Shown here: positions 9,790 through 19,571 of the stretch, in pieces | Layout: each line of letters begins with the position of its first letter | How positions within the stretch are numbered: position 1 is the stretch's first letter | Origin: Spirochaetia bacterium | GTDB taxonomy: Bacteria > Spirochaetota > Spirochaetia > UBA9216 | NCBI GenBank assembly: GCA_965140585.1 | Contig: OZ223272.1 | Span: forward strand, 416,001-480,000 | Length of the DNA: 64,000 bases | Direction: 5' to 3' | Made by a program: the position numbers and the translations under genes | The notes under the pieces: generated by a model | Databases searched by the model: none | Told to the model about the DNA's origin: nothing | What the model saw: only the letters and a program-made list of their open reading frames with translations

Positions 9790-11553
9790 CTAAACAAATT
9801 CCAAATGGTCATATACGTATGTGAAAATAACCCCCAGCGCATGCGCGCCGGCATCCGGAAACCCGAGACTTCGCTCACCTGCAGTTCCGGCCCTGCCCAT
9901 ACGGGCGGTAATATGCTCGGTCTTTCTTGCGCCCTCAACGGCCTGTCCGGCAAATTCTTTCAGTGCAGAATTCAGTTTCATTTTATTTTCAGCTGACACA
10001 GCCAGACTGTCCACAGCAGGGACCAATGCATCAATTAAAGTTTTGTCACCGACAACAGCCCCGCGGCCGAATGATCTTTCGCCCGTTTTCTGAATACCCG
10101 CTACAGCTGCAGCCATCATCTGCGAGAAGGTGCTGATATCCATTTCAGTTTTATCATCTGCAAATTTTCCTGCTGCTCTGAAGGCACTGCCCCATATCGG
10201 ACCTGAAGCACCCCCGCAGTATTCCATAATTATCAGCGCAGATGCATTTAAAAAGGATCCGATGCTGACTGCTTCTTCATCAAGTATTTCATGCCATTCA
10301 TTTTTTAACTGACGAAAGCCTTTTGAAACACTCATTCCGAAATCACCGTCACCGGCATGTGAATCCAGTTCACAAAAAGCAACCTCGTTTTTTATTATAC
10401 ACTCACTTATGCAATCGACCATATAAATAATATTATTCAGGCTGATCTTCCCTCCGTGAATAACCGCATAGTCAGAACTTGTCTCGATACAGTATTTTCC
10501 TTTCTTCCGGTTCTTAATCTCGTTCAACTCACCTGGTTCAGTATGACGGACTTCAGCAGCATCAACCATCTTGAATCCCGGAGCATTACAGGGACTGAGA
10601 AGATATTTCTTCATCACATCATCCAGTTTCAAAATGGAAACCGAAGCCCCCGCCATATCAATGCTGGTCATATAATTGCCGACAAAAATTTTCAATACTT
10701 TCAAATTCATTTCAGACAGCAGGCACTGAATTGAATAGTTCAATACATATAATTCCTGCAGCGGGGTGCTGCCGAATCCATTTATCAGAACAGCAACCTC
10801 GTCATTTTCAGAGAGTTTAAGTTCGCCGGCAAGCTGATCCACAATTCGTTTTGCCAGGATATCTGAAGTAGCTATTTTTTCCCTTTTTATTCCGGGTTCA
10901 CCGTGTATCCCGACTCCGAATTCTATTTCATCTTCCAGAAGACTGAATGTAGGGCTGCCTTTGGCTGGGACAGTACACGAACTTAGAGCAAACCCCAGAC
11001 TTTTTACATTGCTTATTACTTTTTCAGCAATATTCTTTACTTCTGAAAGGGTTTTACCATCTTCAGCAGCGGCACCTGATATTTTATGCACGAAAAAGGT
11101 TCCGGCAACGCCTCTGCGGCCGACCGTATATAAACTGTCATTCACGGCAACATCATCATCCACTACAACATAATCAACATTTATTCCGTCTTCCTGAGCC
11201 AGAAACGCGGCATTCTTGAAATTCATTATGTCGCCGCTGTAATTTTTTATAATAAGCAGCGTTCCTTTTCCTCCTGCCGATTCCCTGATAGCCTGATAAA
11301 CCTGTATTTGTGAAGGAGAGGCAAAAACATCTCCGCATACGGCAGCATCAAGCAGTCCTTCTCCTACGAAACCTGCATGCGCCGGCTCATGCCCGCTGCC
11401 GCCGCCGCTAATGAGACTGACCTTGTTTCTATCCTTACTTCTTCTCGATATAATTTTGTACTTTTGATTTAAGTCCAGTTCCGGATGCGCAAGGGCGATG
11501 CCTCTGCACATTTCCATCACAACATCTTCAGGATTATTAATGATTTTTTTCAC
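9790..11553 (-). CDS. dhaK: Dihydroxyacetone kinase, fused DhaK-DhaL
   Basis: SGGGSGHEPAH, KNYSGD, GIHGEPG, GDGDFG, GDKTLIDAL. Confidence 0.93.
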   Translation of the reverse strand: MKKIINNPEDVVMEMCRGIALAHPELDLNQKYKIISRRSKDRNKVSLISGGGSGHEPAHAGFVGEGLLDAAVCGDVFASPSQIQVYQAIRESAGGKGTLLIIKNYSGDIMNFKNAAFLAQEDGINVDYVVVDDDVAVNDSLYTVGRRGVAGTFFVHKISGAAAEDGKTLSEVKNIAEKVISNVKSLGFALSSCTVPAKGSPTFSLLEDEIEFGVGIHGEPGIKREKIATSDILAKRIVDQLAGELKLSENDEVAVLINGFGSTPLQELYVLNYSIQCLLSEMNLKVLKIFVGNYMTSIDMAGASVSILKLDDVMKKYLLSPCNAPGFKMVDAAEVRHTEPGELNEIKNRKKGKYCIETSSDYAVIHGGKISLNNIIYMVDCISECIIKNEVAFCELDSHAGDGDFGMSVSKGFRQLKNEWHEILDEEAVSIGSFLNASALIIMEYCGGASGPIWGSAFRAAGKFADDKTEMDISTFSQMMAAAVAGIQKTGERSFGRGAVVGDKTLIDALVPAVDSLAVSAENKMKLNSALKEFAGQAVEGARKTEHITARMGRAGTAGERSLGFPDAGAHALGVIFTYVYDHLEFV

Positions 11554-11556
11554 AAT

Positions 11557-12699
11557 CTACTCCTGAAAGCTGTTTTTTCTTTTAAAGTCGGAGCCGATGC
11601 TGTCAGCTGTGATAATTGCTCCTGCAACCATTTCAGCAGTAACAGAAAAAGGCATTGAATGCACAGATTCCTCAGGAATACATGCTTTTTCCGAAACCGC
11701 GGCAAGAGTTTCCCCGGAAATCTTATTTACACCCAGATCAGCCAGACATACCGGCAGACCAACGGAAAGACAGAATTCAAGAACATCTTCAATTTCTTTA
11801 GTCGGAGCATTTTCAAGAATTAATTGTGCGATAGTCCCGAAGGCTACTTTTTCACCATGGTAATACTTATGTGTTTCTTCAATTATTGTAAGACCATCAT
11901 GTATGGCATGAGCTCCAGCCAGACCTCCGCTCTCAAAACCAAGACCTGAAAGAAGAATGTTTGCCTCAACCACATTTTCCAGAGCCGCTGTAACAACATT
12001 ACTATCACATGCCTTTTTTGCTTTCAGACCGTCTTCAAGCAGGGTCTGATAGCACAGTGAGGCAAGGGCAAATGCCGCTTTTGTACCCTTGGCTTCCAGG
12101 CGGCTGTCCTGACGGGCTCCGCATGGCAATCCTGCATTTACATTAGAATTTGAACGCAGTGTAGCTCTTGCTTCAAAATAGGTTGAGAGTGCATCTCCCA
12201 TTCCTGAGACAAGAAATCTTGCCGGAGCATTCGCGATAATTGTTGTATCAATTAATACAACTCCGGGATTCTGTTTGAAGTATGCATAATCTTCAAAAGC
12301 ACCGTCTTCTGTATAAATTACTGCAGAATGGCTGGTGGGAGCATCTGTTGCTGCAATTGTGGGAACGATGATCAAGGCATCACCTTTAGCCACGCATTTG
12401 GCCGTATCAATTGCCTTGCCGCCTCCCAGACCTATAGTACAGCTGCAGTTTTTTTCTTTCGCCAGTGTTTCAAGTCTTTTTATTTCATTCCTGGAACACT
12501 CTCCCTTAAAATTACTTTGTACAAGCTCGATATCATATTTCTCAGCTGTTGCATCAAGTTTATCTTTTACTCTTTCCACATCTTCCCTGTGTGCGATAAG
12601 CAGGGCGGATTTTCCATGTTCCTTGATGAAGAAGCCAAGATTCAACAGCTCGTCTTCACCCTGAATATATTTAGATGGGCATATAAATGCTTTTCTCAT
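11557..12699 (-). CDS. gldA: Glycerol dehydrogenase
   Basis: GLGGGKAID, PTIAATDAPTS, GMGDALST, HAIHDG, HGEKVAFG. Confidence 0.93.
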   Translation of the reverse strand: MRKAFICPSKYIQGEDELLNLGFFIKEHGKSALLIAHREDVERVKDKLDATAEKYDIELVQSNFKGECSRNEIKRLETLAKEKNCSCTIGLGGGKAIDTAKCVAKGDALIIVPTIAATDAPTSHSAVIYTEDGAFEDYAYFKQNPGVVLIDTTIIANAPARFLVSGMGDALSTYFEARATLRSNSNVNAGLPCGARQDSRLEAKGTKAAFALASLCYQTLLEDGLKAKKACDSNVVTAALENVVEANILLSGLGFESGGLAGAHAIHDGLTIIEETHKYYHGEKVAFGTIAQLILENAPTKEIEDVLEFCLSVGLPVCLADLGVNKISGETLAAVSEKACIPEESVHSMPFSVTAEMVAGAIITADSIGSDFKRKNSFQE

Positions 12700-12869
12700 T
12701 ATTTTCCTCCAGATAAAACCCTTTGTGTAAATTTATTAAGCGCTTAATAATTCAGGAATATTATATGGCTGGAAATTTACAATTGTCATTATTGGAAAAA
12801 ACTGTTTAATGTAAATTATTAATAGTAATTTTATGACATTAATTCAGGATATGAAATTATTATGCTGGT

Positions 12870-13850
12870 TTAAATATCCATAATCGTAGCACGAAAGTTC
12901 TCGCGGTATTTTTTAGGAGTAATCCCTTTTAAATTCTTAAAGATTTTATTGAAGTATCCGCATTCTTCATAACCCAGGTGATATGCTATTTCATTTATCT
13001 GCATATCAGTAATCTCCAGCAGACTGCAGGCCTCTTCAACCTTAACAAGGTTTACATATTGAGGAACTGTACAGTTCAGTTTTTTTCGAAACTGTCTGCT
13101 GAAATAACCTGTACTGTAGTTGCATAATTCTGCAAGCTTATCGAGCTCAATTTTTCCTCTGATATTTTCTTTTATGTATTTAACAGCAGGGGATAAACTT
13201 TCATCGACATCACCGGGGAGCTTATGTATTCTCCTTGAATCAATTTTCTTATCTTCAGCCTGCTGATTCATTTTATTATCAATCATCCGGGAATTAAAAT
13301 ATTCAGAGATCTTCTGAAATGTTTTAATTTTATATTCAATAAATCCCAGAATTGTATATGAAAGGTCAACAATAAACTCGAGGGAATACCTGGGAAGCTT
13401 ATAGTAAGCATTTCTAAGTTCATCATTATATTCAAGAATTTTCAGTCTGCTCTCTTCAAAAAGCATTTTTTCCAGGTCTTTGGAGCTTTGTATATCATCA
13501 AGAAAAACCTGTCCTGCCATTATTGCTCCCAGATAATGATTATTGACCACTATGGGAACGGCAAGATCAATAATGCCCATATGGCATAAATAGATATAAG
13601 GTTTTTTTAATCTGGCGGCTTCCAATCCACCCCGGGCATCACATTTTTCACAGAGTTTACTGAAGGAGGCGTTTCTTCTAATCATGGTACAGAACTCGGT
13701 ACAGTTGCTATGCCTTGTAACAGGTTTACCTGTATAATCCGAGGTTATAATCGCGAATCCTGTTAATTTTGAAATGTCATCCTGAAATTGCTGAAAATCT
13801 TCCAAATTTAAAAAGCGATCCAGATCATCCAGATAGTTAGATACATTCAT
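12870..13850 (-). CDS. PocR-domain AraC family regulator
   Basis: FCTMIR...CEKCD...YLCHMG PocR sensor plus C-terminal AraC HTH. Confidence 0.9.
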   Translation of the reverse strand: MNVSNYLDDLDRFLNLEDFQQFQDDISKLTGFAIITSDYTGKPVTRHSNCTEFCTMIRRNASFSKLCEKCDARGGLEAARLKKPYIYLCHMGIIDLAVPIVVNNHYLGAIMAGQVFLDDIQSSKDLEKMLFEESRLKILEYNDELRNAYYKLPRYSLEFIVDLSYTILGFIEYKIKTFQKISEYFNSRMIDNKMNQQAEDKKIDSRRIHKLPGDVDESLSPAVKYIKENIRGKIELDKLAELCNYSTGYFSRQFRKKLNCTVPQYVNLVKVEEACSLLEITDMQINEIAYHLGYEECGYFNKIFKNLKGITPKKYRENFRATIMDI

Positions 13851-13940
13851 TCCAACCCCTCACAATCTAATAGTTATACTAAACTTTTTTATTCCGGGAG
13901 TATAGCATGATATAATTACATAAAAGCATGGAGCTTAAAA

Positions 13941-14990
13941 ATGAAACGTTTCTTTATTTTCATCACTGCATTGTGGATACTAATCACACTGGCCTGCGAT
14001 CCGAACCCCTCCCCGGAACTTTCAACTGAGTATCCAAAGATTACCAAGCTTTTTACTCCTGCAGCATACAGCGGACCGGGCAGGAATATTTCATCAATTC
14101 CGGTAGTTTCAAGTGATTCAAGACTTATTCTTGACTGCAGCTTTACAGATAATTTTGAAGCTGATGCGTACTTCGATCTCCCCTATGTGTTTACCGACGA
14201 CGGGATGCTTCCCCCATACCTTTTACTCAGCATAACCAAGGGCTCCGACACTATCAAATATTATCTTCCGGTCGGCAGCGATACATTAAGAATATGGCTA
14301 AGGCAGGGTGAAGGTTTCTACAATGTATCAATCTATAAAATAGTGGAAATCCATTCCATGAGCGCCTTCGGAGTAATCTACAGTTTTACATATTCGGGAA
14401 CAGCTGTAACATCCTTCACTGTAACAAATACAAACAGCGAGGACGGTACTTTCATTTACCCATCCCCGGAGGTTCAGTCTGATGAATCCGAAATACTTTC
14501 CGCAGCCGAAAACTTCAGCGGAGAAACAGCTGATGAACTGATAAAAGAGATACATGATTATATAGTTCTTTCACTTAAATACGACTCTGATTCCGTAGAT
14601 AATTCAATACGCCGAAAACAGGACGCCCTTACTGTTCTTGACTATCAGGCAGCAGTTTGTGACGGCTATTCAAACCTGTTCATGGCACTGCTTCGGGCCA
14701 GAGGGATTCCGGCCCAATACATAAGCGGCGGAAATCATGCATGGACAAGAGTCTGTAACGGAACCGTATGGAAGGAAATCGACACTACATGGGATGATCC
14801 TATCACATATATCTCTGGACACCCGAACAGCGGGACAAGCGATTTTCCGGACGGGGAAAACCTTAAGTATACTTATTTCTGGAAGGAAAGTTTCTCCGAC
14901 CATACATACGAGGACTATTCAACTACAAGAGCAATACTCCCGCAGCAGGACGGAGATTTTATTACTGAGGTTTACTCAGCAGTTTATTGA
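13941..14990 (+). CDS. Transglutaminase-like lipoprotein
   Basis: Lipobox TLAC; VCDGYS, HAW and DTTWD catalytic triad motifs. Confidence 0.85.
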   Translation: MKRFFIFITALWILITLACDPNPSPELSTEYPKITKLFTPAAYSGPGRNISSIPVVSSDSRLILDCSFTDNFEADAYFDLPYVFTDDGMLPPYLLLSITKGSDTIKYYLPVGSDTLRIWLRQGEGFYNVSIYKIVEIHSMSAFGVIYSFTYSGTAVTSFTVTNTNSEDGTFIYPSPEVQSDESEILSAAENFSGETADELIKEIHDYIVLSLKYDSDSVDNSIRRKQDALTVLDYQAAVCDGYSNLFMALLRARGIPAQYISGGNHAWTRVCNGTVWKEIDTTWDDPITYISGHPNSGTSDFPDGENLKYTYFWKESFSDHTYEDYSTTRAILPQQDGDFITEVYSAVY

Positions 14991-14991
14991 G

Positions 14992-15702
14992 TTAATAGCT
15001 GCTGTAAAGCGCGTTGACTTCAGCGGCTGTCAGTGTCCGGTCATAAAGGATTACATCATCAATACAACCGTTGAGAAAGTAATCATCATCTCCCGAACCG
15101 ATCAGGATAGGACCTGAAAGATCACGTATATCGGCGCTGCATCCTGAAATGAGTTCCCGATCATTGTTGATGTAGAGCATCAGATGATATCCGTCATATG
15201 TCAAAACAAAATGGTACCATGTATCGGCCGTGAATCCAGCATTAATATAATCAACTTCTTCTACTCTTCCGTTATTTACTCCGAACCATATATGACCTGA
15301 GCTAAGGACGGGATATATAAAGAAGCCCGAGTTTGCCCAGTTAACCAGCTCTGGAGAATCTGCATCCGATTCTGAACTGACATATGCCCATAATGCCACA
15401 GAGAATGAGTTGTCACCGAATGCAACCTCCGGAGTTGAAAGAGTTGTAAGTTCGTCAAACAATCCGCTTGCAGTCCCTTCTTTATAATTTACAGTATCAT
15501 ATGCCTCTGTACCGGAATCCGATTCAGTGACAGTAAGATCATAGTTTCCGGTTTCATCATCAATATTACTGTCAAAATTCCATCTTGCAATGTACCCGCT
15601 AAAAACAGTGTCGCCGTTGTCGTCGGTACTGCAGGATACAGCCGTAAAAATCAATGCAAGGCCCGCAAGCAGACAGAGCAGTTTTATTTTAGTAAGTCTC
15701 AA
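14992..15702 (-). CDS. LamG/concanavalin-like domain lipoprotein
   Basis: Lipobox AVSC; FSVALW, WYHFVLTYDG, G.IDDV.LYDR.L. Confidence 0.85.
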   Translation of the reverse strand: MRLTKIKLLCLLAGLALIFTAVSCSTDDNGDTVFSGYIARWNFDSNIDDETGNYDLTVTESDSGTEAYDTVNYKEGTASGLFDELTTLSTPEVAFGDNSFSVALWAYVSSESDADSPELVNWANSGFFIYPVLSSGHIWFGVNNGRVEEVDYINAGFTADTWYHFVLTYDGYHLMLYINNDRELISGCSADIRDLSGPILIGSGDDDYFLNGCIDDVILYDRTLTAAEVNALYSSY

Positions 15703-15761
15703 ATTTCTTCCTCCTGTTGGATATGAGCTATAATATACATCATCCGGTTTATTTGTTCACG

Positions 15762-17876
15762 TTAAAAATTAAGCAGATTCCCGACACCCTGTTTGACAGC
15801 ATCCTTTGCAGCATCCAGCTGCTTCTGAGCCTCGGCCTTTGCCTTTTCCTCGGCAATCTTTTTTATCTGAGCCTCGGTTTCCTTAATCTTTGTATCTGCA
15901 AGCTGCCGATAGGAACCGATATCCTTTTTAATATCTTCAAGCTGAGAAACATAGCTCTCAATCTCCGTCCGATACCTGTCAACCTCGGCAAGAGGTTCCT
16001 TCAGCCGTTTATCCAGCTCCTCACGCAAAAGTGACACGGCTTCGTCGGCGCCCTCATCAAGCAGCTCCTTTACAGTATCTCCCAGAACATCATCCATGCT
16101 TGTCTTAAGACTCAAATCCAGACCGCCGGCCCCGGAATATGAAAAACCGCCCTGTACTGCAAAAGGACGTACCTTATCAAGACTGCTCAGAAGGAGTCTG
16201 TATCCGATATTGTTTTCATCTACAGGCTTAAAAGCAAGATCTTCTGAGTTGATGCTTATATTACCAGAGTAGCTTCCGCCGGAGTAGACGGCTGAAGAGG
16301 CAACCGCAGCATTTCCCGAAACCGAGCTTATTCCGATATCCGTAAGATCAATTGGTGATGAGATTGAAAGGCCGTCCGTGCTGAAGGCCATGTCTTCTGT
16401 CGAAAGCCGTATTAAGGTTTCAGCTCCGTTCTGCATTTCCCAGCCCAGCTCAAGCGTCGGAACTTCCTGAGTTTGACCATCACCGCTGCTTATATTGCTT
16501 AGCACGGCATTATAATTAAAATCATCCTCGATACCAGCGGCATATGCGCTTACCAGCCTGAAGAAAGGCTGATCAGCATCAGGATCTGCAAGTCTTCGCG
16601 GATTACGTCTCTGCGGCCTTTCTTCCCTTTCCCTGTCGGTTATGGCCTTAAAGCGCCTGTAATATTCAAGGCCGGTATTTATCTTCTCGAGATATGAACG
16701 TATCGGTAGTCCCAGGCTGTCTTCAACAAGTGATGATATCCAGTCCAGCCCCTGGTCTTTCGGAAGCTGTATCAGGGATTCTACATAGCTGTAATCATCC
16801 TGAACACTGGCAATTAGACTGTCCGACATTTCTTTCAGCTCGGAAATCTGCCTCCCGGCCTCAGCAGTCAGAGTTTCAATTTCCTTATAATCGGATACAC
16901 TCTTATTGTAGATTGTATTGAGTTCTTTAAGGCTTTCTGTAGCCTTTGCCACTGTACTGAAGCTGTTTTTATTAATTGATGTAAGATATTTAACCTTCGG
17001 AGACCATTCTTCAAGCTTAGAACCCCACTCATCAGCCGAATCCTTCCATTTTTCAATATCGCCTTTTATCTCATCGGCTGCGGTTCCGGCCGCCTGTATT
17101 GAAGCAAGCCTATCCAGCTGTTCATCAAGGATAGCTTCAGCATCAATTTCGCCGCTGACAGCCTGAAAGCCTGCAGACATTTTGCTGATAATGTCAGAAC
17201 CGGCGTCTTTTATTGAACCCGCTATGCCTTCACCGCCTTCTCCGGAGGAGCTTTCAGCATCAGCGGAATCAGCAGGTGCAGAGTCAGTCTGCGGAATAAC
17301 TGCAGCGCTATCTCTCGGGGTGTTACGCAGAAGCTCACTGAAGCCCATTTCAGTAATAAGAACCCGACCCTTAAGCAGACCGGCAATATCAGCAGAGGCG
17401 CTGATCCCGCGAATCTCCGCCAGATTCATCATTGCATTATCAGGATTCGCAATAACCAGACTGTCTGCGCTGAGCTCTCCGTTAAGAATATTCAAATTCA
17501 CACCGCTTATATCCGTTTCGGTTTCAAACACAGAGCTCAGGCTGTTTTCAACAAAACGTTCAATGAGCGGATTTTTGAAAAACAGGGTAAATACTACTGC
17601 AGCTGCCGCTATCAGAACAATTATTATCAGCAGAATAAAGCTGACAGCCTTCCGGTTTGCCTTGATTACCTTTCCAAGATCCTTGAGCCTTGCAATATCT
17701 TTTTTCTCTACCAGCTCAGGATTTACCCTGACTGTCTCGCCCTCGGTAACCGCAATCCGTTTTAAAAACTCCAGATCATCTTTAAGATATATCTTGCCAA
17801 GATACTTTTTTTCCCATGCTTTTGATGGAACCGGCTTTCTGAAAATTGAAGGAAGTTTCACAGGTTTTTTGTTCAT
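15762..17876 (-). CDS. TIGR03545/AsmA-like membrane protein
   Basis: N-terminal TM, AsmA-like IANPDN motif, coiled coils; paired with the upstream TIGR03546-like gene. Confidence 0.65.
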   Translation of the reverse strand: MNKKPVKLPSIFRKPVPSKAWEKKYLGKIYLKDDLEFLKRIAVTEGETVRVNPELVEKKDIARLKDLGKVIKANRKAVSFILLIIIVLIAAAAVVFTLFFKNPLIERFVENSLSSVFETETDISGVNLNILNGELSADSLVIANPDNAMMNLAEIRGISASADIAGLLKGRVLITEMGFSELLRNTPRDSAAVIPQTDSAPADSADAESSSGEGGEGIAGSIKDAGSDIISKMSAGFQAVSGEIDAEAILDEQLDRLASIQAAGTAADEIKGDIEKWKDSADEWGSKLEEWSPKVKYLTSINKNSFSTVAKATESLKELNTIYNKSVSDYKEIETLTAEAGRQISELKEMSDSLIASVQDDYSYVESLIQLPKDQGLDWISSLVEDSLGLPIRSYLEKINTGLEYYRRFKAITDREREERPQRRNPRRLADPDADQPFFRLVSAYAAGIEDDFNYNAVLSNISSGDGQTQEVPTLELGWEMQNGAETLIRLSTEDMAFSTDGLSISSPIDLTDIGISSVSGNAAVASSAVYSGGSYSGNISINSEDLAFKPVDENNIGYRLLLSSLDKVRPFAVQGGFSYSGAGGLDLSLKTSMDDVLGDTVKELLDEGADEAVSLLREELDKRLKEPLAEVDRYRTEIESYVSQLEDIKKDIGSYRQLADTKIKETEAQIKKIAEEKAKAEAQKQLDAAKDAVKQGVGNLLNF

Positions 17877-17885
17877 ACCGGCCTC

Positions 17886-18422
17886 CTAATGAAACATTCC
17901 GCCGTACTGATTGACGGCACCGGCAAATCGGTTTACGAAGGGCGCCTTCCTGATAAGGACCATCAGCCTGCTTTTTGCAAGGGCGGGAGCAACCTTTGCC
18001 CTGAAGAGCTTTGCAAGCAACAGAACGATAACAAACACAGGAATCCAGAGCGCAAGACCGGCGGCAAAGCCTCCGACAAGCAGTGAATTATTAAAATCAA
18101 ACAGAATGAGTACCGGGATATCAAGAGAGTCATATATAAGAGCCGAGACAGCTGGAATATTCATTATTTTCCATCCGACAGGTTCAATAAGCGGATCTGC
18201 AAGGGGAATAATCAGCTTGAACAGTATTAGAAATGCAAACTCCAGACCGTAGTTGATTCTGAACAGCATTGTAATAATAAACAGGCAGAGCCACGTAAGG
18301 TTAAATGCCGGCATCATTGCAAGCATGAGCGCGAATGATACTGCAGCGGCTACAGACTGAGGTTTTGAGTTTGAATTAAGAGCTGCAATAAGCTTTGCCA
18401 GAGGCTTGATAAGAAAATTCAT
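17886..18422 (-). CDS. TIGR03546-like membrane protein
   Basis: LNSNSKP..., FNNSLLVGG motifs. Confidence 0.7.
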   Translation of the reverse strand: MNFLIKPLAKLIAALNSNSKPQSVAAAVSFALMLAMMPAFNLTWLCLFIITMLFRINYGLEFAFLILFKLIIPLADPLIEPVGWKIMNIPAVSALIYDSLDIPVLILFDFNNSLLVGGFAAGLALWIPVFVIVLLLAKLFRAKVAPALAKSRLMVLIRKAPFVNRFAGAVNQYGGMFH

Positions 18423-18545
18423 TTATAAATCCGCCTTTTTGATAGACTGCGTCCAATAATAACATACTTTATATATTGTATTCACTATTATTTCTTCAAT
18501 ACAATTGTAGACTAAGCATACTTCAGACTGTAGAATAGGGGATAG

Positions 18546-19517
18546 ATGATCCAGACCAGAATGATTTACGACATAGTCTTAGTGCTGATCTTTTCCACAC
18601 TATTCGCAGTGATTATTTCAAGCATCAACTCCTGGAGAAGACAACAACACCCCAGACTGTTCTGGACCATGATTGTAAGCAGTGCCACGATTGTATATAT
18701 TGCGGGTATTCTGCTGGGAAACTACCTTCAGCTTGCCAATATAGTCTTTGCCGACAGCAGTCTCAAACTTTTTAATGATGATACTTACTGGAGTCTTGTA
18801 TTCGCGTTCTTCAAACTGGCTCTTATTGCAATAATGCTTTACGGAATAAACCACCTTACAGTGCATTTCCTGCCTATTCAGGTCAAACGCCGAAACAAGC
18901 TCGTGCTTCTGTTTATTCTTGTAATCTTTGTTCTTCTGCTTATTTTCCTGATAATTATTAAAAAACAGGCTTCCGACCAGCTGTTCCTCAACGCCGGAGC
19001 TGTTACAGACGGGTTCATATTCCCGCTTGCATGTCTTGTTGCCGGATCACAGGCTGTTACCCTTTTTATAACCTTCCTTGTTACTAAGGATCCCGAAAAG
19101 AAAAAGGAGAACCTTAAGGGCCTGATAATTCTGGCTCCATATCTGATACTGTCGCTTGTTGACATTATTGTCCTTGCGAACAGCAGTGCTCAGGCATATG
19201 TACGTTTTTCCTACATGGCAATATTGCCTTTGGTAGTCATCAGTTTTCTCGATTTCAGGGCAAAGCCCGGAGCAAAGGAAGCTTCGGCAATACAAAACAG
19301 CGACAGACTTGATAATATCTGTGAAAAGTTCGGTATTTCAGACAGGGAAAAAGATGTACTCAACCTGGTAATACAGGGAGAGGATCACAAAAACATTGCC
19401 GATAAACTATTTATTTCCGTCAACACGGTAAAAACTCATTTGCAGAATATCTACAAGAAGATGAAAGTTTCCGGAAAACTGCAGCTGATGTTACGTGTAA
19501 ACTCCATAACAGATTAA
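18546..19517 (+). CDS. Membrane-bound LuxR-family regulator
   Basis: Several TM helices then ISDREKDVL...IADKLFISVNTVKTHLQNIYKK. Confidence 0.88.
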   Translation: MIQTRMIYDIVLVLIFSTLFAVIISSINSWRRQQHPRLFWTMIVSSATIVYIAGILLGNYLQLANIVFADSSLKLFNDDTYWSLVFAFFKLALIAIMLYGINHLTVHFLPIQVKRRNKLVLLFILVIFVLLLIFLIIIKKQASDQLFLNAGAVTDGFIFPLACLVAGSQAVTLFITFLVTKDPEKKKENLKGLIILAPYLILSLVDIIVLANSSAQAYVRFSYMAILPLVVISFLDFRAKPGAKEASAIQNSDRLDNICEKFGISDREKDVLNLVIQGEDHKNIADKLFISVNTVKTHLQNIYKKMKVSGKLQLMLRVNSITD

Positions 19518-19548
19518 AAAAGGCTGAGAGGAAGCAACCGTCTCAGCC
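19516..19548 (-). terminator. Intrinsic terminator between convergent genes
   Basis: ggctgaga...tctcagcc stem followed by a T6 run on the minus strand. Confidence 0.6.
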
Positions 19549-19571
19549 CTGCATTTAATTAAAGACAGCTT

